From IMG/VR virus record IMGVR_UViG_3300034062_007329, positions 14,787 through 78,786 of that record: 64,000 nt of DNA; one strand, written 5' to 3'. The stretch is from a virus. Below the pieces are notes generated by a model. That model saw only the letters and a list, made by a program, of their open reading frames with translations. It did no database searches and had not been told where the DNA came from. A program made the position numbers and the translations under genes. Positions 59,461-64,000 of the stretch are shown piece by piece (position 1 is the first letter of the stretch; each line of letters begins with the position of its first letter).

Positions 59461-60773
59461 TGTCAAAAAAAATCTATGTATTAGATACAAACGTTCTACT
59501 TAGCGATTTTAATGCACTATATGCATTCAAAAGTAATGACGTAGTGATTCCTCTAAAAGTTTTAGAAGAAATTGATAAACATAAAAAACGTCAAGATGGT
59601 GTTGGCGCTAACGCAAGACAAGTAATTCGCGAGTTAGATAAATTAAGAGAAAAAGGATCTCTTGCCGAAGGCGTTAAGCTTGGTGGTAAAAAAGGAGTAT
59701 TGCGAGTAAAAAATTATGGAGATTGCAAACTTCCAAGCGATATGAGCATGGAAGACCCAGACAATCAAATACTTGCAACTGTTTTTAATGCCTCTGTCGG
59801 TGAAAACAGTAGTGTAAGAGTCGTACTTGTGTCCCAGGATATCAACGTTCGTGTTAAAGCAGATGCTTTAGGTCTTACGGCAGAAGATTACACTACTAAT
59901 CAAATCGTAGATAAAGCTGAAGAAGTATACACTGGTTTTGCTCAACATTTAGTTGATGATGCAATCATTGATCGTTTTTATGCTGGCGAGAAACTTTCGT
60001 TGGAAGAAAAAGATATTAAGTTGCACCCAAATCAATATGTAATGCTTGTATCAAATGCAAACGAAAAAAAGACAGCATTGGCAAAGTTTAAAAACTATAA
60101 TCATCCGCTTTCTAAGGTAAAAGAATACAAAGAAGGTATTTGGGATGTTCGTCCTAAAAATAAAGAGCAACAATTTGCTTTTGATCTGCTAATGGATCAA
60201 GATGTTAAGATTGTTTCACTCGTTGGTCGTGCAGGATGTGGTAAAACATTGATCGCATTGGCGGCTGGTCTGAAGCAAATTCTTGACGATAGAACATATA
60301 AGAAGCTTATTGTTTCCCGTCCTGTCCAACCAATGGGTAGAGATATTGGATTTTTGCCTGGAACCTTAGAAGAAAAGATGATGCCTTGGATTGCGCCAAT
60401 TCAAGATAACTTAGAATTCCTTATGGGCGATGATAAAGAGCATATGAAGATGTTACAAGAGCAAGGAACAATTGAAATTGAAGCTCTAACGTTTATTCGT
60501 GGTCGCTCAATTTCAAATGCTTTCATTATCATCGATGAAGCCCAAAACTTAACAATGCATGAATTAAAGACTATTATTACAAGAGTTGGTGAAGGAACAA
60601 AAATTATTTTGACAGGTGATATTGATCAAATAGATTCTGCGTTCCTTGACGCAACAAACAATGGCTTAACTTATGCAGTGGAAAAATTCAAGCCATTTGA
60701 ATTAGCTGGTCATATTTCATTACAAAAAGGCGAACGCTCTGCGGTCGCCAGTTTGGCTGCCAGCGTTTTATAG
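59460..60773 (+). CDS. phoH: PIN-PhoH family protein
   Basis: VLDTNVL PIN domain; GRAGCGKT, GFLPG, RGRS, DEAQN, TGD..Q. Confidence 0.93.
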   Translation: MSKKIYVLDTNVLLSDFNALYAFKSNDVVIPLKVLEEIDKHKKRQDGVGANARQVIRELDKLREKGSLAEGVKLGGKKGVLRVKNYGDCKLPSDMSMEDPDNQILATVFNASVGENSSVRVVLVSQDINVRVKADALGLTAEDYTTNQIVDKAEEVYTGFAQHLVDDAIIDRFYAGEKLSLEEKDIKLHPNQYVMLVSNANEKKTALAKFKNYNHPLSKVKEYKEGIWDVRPKNKEQQFAFDLLMDQDVKIVSLVGRAGCGKTLIALAAGLKQILDDRTYKKLIVSRPVQPMGRDIGFLPGTLEEKMMPWIAPIQDNLEFLMGDDKEHMKMLQEQGTIEIEALTFIRGRSISNAFIIIDEAQNLTMHELKTIITRVGEGTKIILTGDIDQIDSAFLDATNNGLTYAVEKFKPFELAGHISLQKGERSAVASLAASVL

Positions 60774-61050
60774 AGGAAAATATGGAAAGCGTAGAAAATC
60801 CAACACTAAAAGAAACAGTTCAAAAAGATACAGAGTTAAAAACTTGGCTCGTAAATTATGTTGGTAATAAATTAAATCCTGCTGATGGAAATATTACAGT
60901 TGAAATGATTGTAGAAGTTATCGCCAAAGAATTTCCAGAATTTCTAATGGTTGTAGCAGAGGAAAATTTTATTCGTGGTTATGAACAAGCTGCCTTAGAT
61001 TTTGAAACAGCGAATCAAAAAGGTAAAAAGCTTAATAAGCGCAACAAAAA

Positions 61051-61728
61051 ATGAGCAACGTAAAAGCAATATTAGAATCATATAATAAAATGAAAAAAGC
61101 TCGTAAAGAATTTTTTATAAATGGCGTTCTTTTTTTTGTAAGTGATCCATTACCCGATGGGGTTGAACCTTTAGCAGTTAAAAAACGAATAGAAAAAAAA
61201 ATACCAAAAAGATTATTTCAAAACTTAGATTATATTTTTGTTGGAGATTTTCCTGAATTAAAATTACGCGACGTTCAGTCAGTCTATATGCGTGGAGCAA
61301 TTTATATTAATCACGAAAATCAAACAGAAGATGGATTGTACAAAGCAATAATTCATGAATTAGCACATTCCATAGAAACAACTTTTGGCTCTAAAATATA
61401 TGAAGACAATGAAGTTGCTGCTGAATTTGTTGGCAAAAGAAAACAGTTGAGATCAATTTTAAAAACTCAAGGACACGAACTAAAAGATCCCACGATATTT
61501 ATTAGAGCAGAGTATAATCCAGAGTTCGATAACTTCTTATATAAAGAAGTTGGATATGATAAATTAAATCAATTATGCACTGGTTTGTTTGCTTCTCCGT
61601 ACGGTGCTACTTCTTTAAGAGAATATTTTGCTAATGGATTTGAACATTTTTTCCTCAACGACCCAGAGTATCTATCTAAAATTAGTCCAAAGCTATATTC
61701 AAAAATTTTAAGCTTGACAAGTAAATAA
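61051..61728 (+). CDS. Zincin-like protein
   Basis: IHELAH and Y.....REYFA.GF. Confidence 0.6.
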   Translation: MSNVKAILESYNKMKKARKEFFINGVLFFVSDPLPDGVEPLAVKKRIEKKIPKRLFQNLDYIFVGDFPELKLRDVQSVYMRGAIYINHENQTEDGLYKAIIHELAHSIETTFGSKIYEDNEVAAEFVGKRKQLRSILKTQGHELKDPTIFIRAEYNPEFDNFLYKEVGYDKLNQLCTGLFASPYGATSLREYFANGFEHFFLNDPEYLSKISPKLYSKILSLTSK

Positions 61729-61762
61729 TTCTCCGCTATACTGTAGGCAGAGGATGAATGCT

Positions 61763-62536
61763 ATGTCACATATTTCTTATTCTGCACTTAAAGTTTTTAA
61801 TGAATGCCCTTACAAATTTAAATTATTATATGAAGACAAGGTTCCAAGAGCCAACGGATCTGAGTATACTGCGTTTGGAACGTCTTTACATGAAGCAGCT
61901 GAATTAAAAGTTCAAGACGCTTCTGTAAATGAAATTGATGTTTTTATAAACAAGTTTGAGTCCGAGATCAAGCTTCTAAAAGACCAAAACGTTCCTGTTG
62001 ATGAAAATCTTTTAATTGAAATGCGCGAGCAAGGTAAAAAACTTGCTCCAATGATTATTCCTGCATTGACAAAACAGTTTGGTGAGTTTACATTAATGGC
62101 TGCGGAGGAAGATATTCTGGAGGCTATTAAAGAAATTCCTGAGCTGAATTACAACTTCAAAGGTTTTATTGATTTAATTATTAAAACTCCTGACGATAGA
62201 ATTCATATTCTTGACTGGAAAAGTTGTGCTTGGGGCTGGGATCAAAAAAAGAAAAGCGATCCTATGGTTACATATCAGCTAACATTTTATAAGCATTTCT
62301 ACTCCCAGAAACATAACGTTGATCCAAAAAATATTGAAACCTATTTTGCTCTTCTTAAAAGAACTGCAAAAAAAGATAATGTAGAAATCTTCCGTGTTAC
62401 CAGCGGTTCTAAAAAAACACAAAATGCGTTTAACATGTTAAAGAAGGCTCTCTATAATATTGATAAAAAGAACTTTCCAAGAAATCGCATGAGTTGCACC
62501 TATTGCGAGTTTAAGAAAACACAACATTGTCCATAG
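61763..62536 (+). CDS. PD-(D/E)XK exonuclease (RecB-like)
   Basis: SYS....F.ECP, FG..LH, GFIDL, LDWKS, QL..Y, C.YC.F...C. Confidence 0.88.
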   Translation: MSHISYSALKVFNECPYKFKLLYEDKVPRANGSEYTAFGTSLHEAAELKVQDASVNEIDVFINKFESEIKLLKDQNVPVDENLLIEMREQGKKLAPMIIPALTKQFGEFTLMAAEEDILEAIKEIPELNYNFKGFIDLIIKTPDDRIHILDWKSCAWGWDQKKKSDPMVTYQLTFYKHFYSQKHNVDPKNIETYFALLKRTAKKDNVEIFRVTSGSKKTQNAFNMLKKALYNIDKKNFPRNRMSCTYCEFKKTQHCP

Positions 62537-62683
62537 AAAAATATAGAGTAGTTTTTTTTATAATAGAAACTGAGCCTCCAATTCACATGGAGGTTCTTTC
62601 TACAGAAAAACAAATTAATGAAATTCTAAGTGTATTAGGAAATTATTATAAATCCGTCAAAATAGACGTTATAAAGGTTTAAT

Positions 62684-63661
62684 ATGAAAACAGCTGTTAT
62701 TACAGGCATTACTGGTCAGGATGGAAGTTTTTTGGCTGAACTTTTGTTACAAAAAAATTATAAAGTAATAGGTCTTGTAAGGCGGTCTTCTATGGAAGAC
62801 AAAAAATTCTATAACATAGAGCACCTGTTAGACAACAAGAACTTGATTATAGAAAATGGCGATCTAACAGATAGCGCATCAATTTGGAGATTAATGCAAA
62901 AATATCTACCAGATGAGTTTTATAATCTCGCAGCGCAAAGTCACGTAGGAGCATCTTTTACCTCACCAGAAAGTACGTTTGAAATAAATGCTACTGGTGT
63001 TCTAAACTGTTTGGAAGCGATAAGGACAATATCACCGTCTACTAAATTTTACCAAGCAAGCACAAGTGAGATGTTTGGTGATAATCACAACGCTCCACAA
63101 GATGAAAATACGCCGTTTTCCCCAGTATCTCCATACGCTTGTGCAAAAGTAGCAGCACATAATCTTGTTATTAATTATCGAAAAGCTTATGGACTTTTTA
63201 CCTGTAGTGGGATTTTATTTAATCATGAAAGTGAGCGCCGTGGAGAACAATTTGTAACACGTAAAATTACAAAAGCAGCTGCGCGCATCAAGCTTGGACT
63301 TCAAAAAGAATTGCGCTTGGGAAACCTTGAAGCAAAACGCGATTGGGGTTATGCTAAAGAATATGTTGAAGCAATGTGGAAAATGTTACAACATGACGTA
63401 CCCGATGATTATGTTATAGGAACTGGAAAAACTTACACAATTCGTGATTTTATCTCTTGTGTTTCGGAGATCGCTGGTTATAATTTAATGGATCATGTAG
63501 TGATCGATGATTCCTTTAAGCGCCCCAGTGAAGTTCCTTTGCTTTTAGCAAATGCTTCTAAAGCAGAAAAAATTTTGAGTTGGAAGCCAGCTGTAGAGCT
63601 AAAAGAACTCGCTACGATAATGTATAATCATGATATCAAAAAGGAAAAAGAAAATGTCTGA
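62684..63661 (+). CDS. gmd: GDP-mannose 4,6-dehydratase
   Basis: ITGITGQDGS, NLAAQSHV, YQASTSEMFG, SPYA.AK, LFNHES, GNL.AKRDWG. Confidence 0.96.
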   Translation: MKTAVITGITGQDGSFLAELLLQKNYKVIGLVRRSSMEDKKFYNIEHLLDNKNLIIENGDLTDSASIWRLMQKYLPDEFYNLAAQSHVGASFTSPESTFEINATGVLNCLEAIRTISPSTKFYQASTSEMFGDNHNAPQDENTPFSPVSPYACAKVAAHNLVINYRKAYGLFTCSGILFNHESERRGEQFVTRKITKAAARIKLGLQKELRLGNLEAKRDWGYAKEYVEAMWKMLQHDVPDDYVIGTGKTYTIRDFISCVSEIAGYNLMDHVVIDDSFKRPSEVPLLLANASKAEKILSWKPAVELKELATIMYNHDIKKEKENV

Positions 63662-64000
63662 TAAAAAAATGAAAGTTTTAGTACTTAGCGATCATCCGTT
63701 TTCACCTTCTGGTGTCGGAACTCAAACTAAGTATATGATTGATTCTTTGTTAAAAACTGGTAAATATAAATTTTTATGCCTTGGTGGCGCAGTAAAACAC
63801 CAAGATTACAGACCAATGAAAACTGAAGAATGGGGTGACGATCTCATCATTTTACCAGTTGATGGCTATGGCACCCCAGATCAAATAAGAACTCTTTTAA
63901 CACAATTTAAACCAGATATTTTATGGTTTATGACAGACCCAAGATTTTATGTTTGGCTTTGGAATTTTGCTCAAGAAGTTAGACCAAATGTTCCTATGGT
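63654..64000 (+). CDS. Glycosyltransferase (GT4-like N-terminus; 3'-truncated by window edge)
   Basis: KVLVLSDHPFSPSGVGTQ..., KPDILW; coupled to gmd. Confidence 0.7.
   Translation, partial: MSDKKMKVLVLSDHPFSPSGVGTQTKYMIDSLLKTGKYKFLCLGGAVKHQDYRPMKTEEWGDDLIILPVDGYGTPDQIRTLLTQFKPDILWFMTDPRFYVWLWNFAQEVRPNVPM

Noticed and set aside
61763-62536. Cas4 of a CRISPR-Cas system
   Set aside because: A standalone PD-(D/E)XK exonuclease with no cas or array context; this type is common in large phages.
1-64000. Stop-codon reassignment
   Set aside because: Conserved genes are full length in code 11; TAA, TAG and TGA all terminate genes; no suppressor tRNA is seen.

Overview
This window looks like 64 kb of a large (jumbo-type) tailed bacteriophage genome. 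That is an inference: no capsid, terminase or polymerase gene lies in the window, but the gene mix, the density of short + strand ORFs, homing endonucleases and 19 CCA-encoding tRNAs all fit. Two compartments are visible. The AT-rich late/metabolic blocks (about 1-14.4 kb and 43.3-64 kb) carry groEL, Hsp20, putative head-packaged proteins with a shared N-terminal motif, an ATE1/Bpt-like transferase, purA, purB, ClpP-like, SpoU, PhoH, GH19 and SLT lysins, gmd and a glycosyltransferase; many of these genes are preceded by an ACTAYTTA motif. The GC-richer early block (about 14.7-43.2 kb) is packed with near-consensus sigma70 promoters and contains a MoxR/VWA pair, a tRNA cluster and many small ORFs. 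The most notable unexplained structures are: (1) two circularly permuted tRNA-mimic (YrlA/Y-RNA-like) RNAs plus several other structured ncRNA candidates, including one of about 350 nt with pseudoknots; (2) a repeated back-to-back promoter cassette, and a conserved RUGGK-pentaloop hairpin at the 5' end of early transcripts; (3) a 12-gene tandem array of SH3/KOW-like paralogs joined by a conserved overlapping junction; (4) a GIY-YIG endonuclease inserted in the 5' end of purA that supplies a synonymously recoded replacement N-terminus. All family calls come from motif recognition by eye; no database searches were run.
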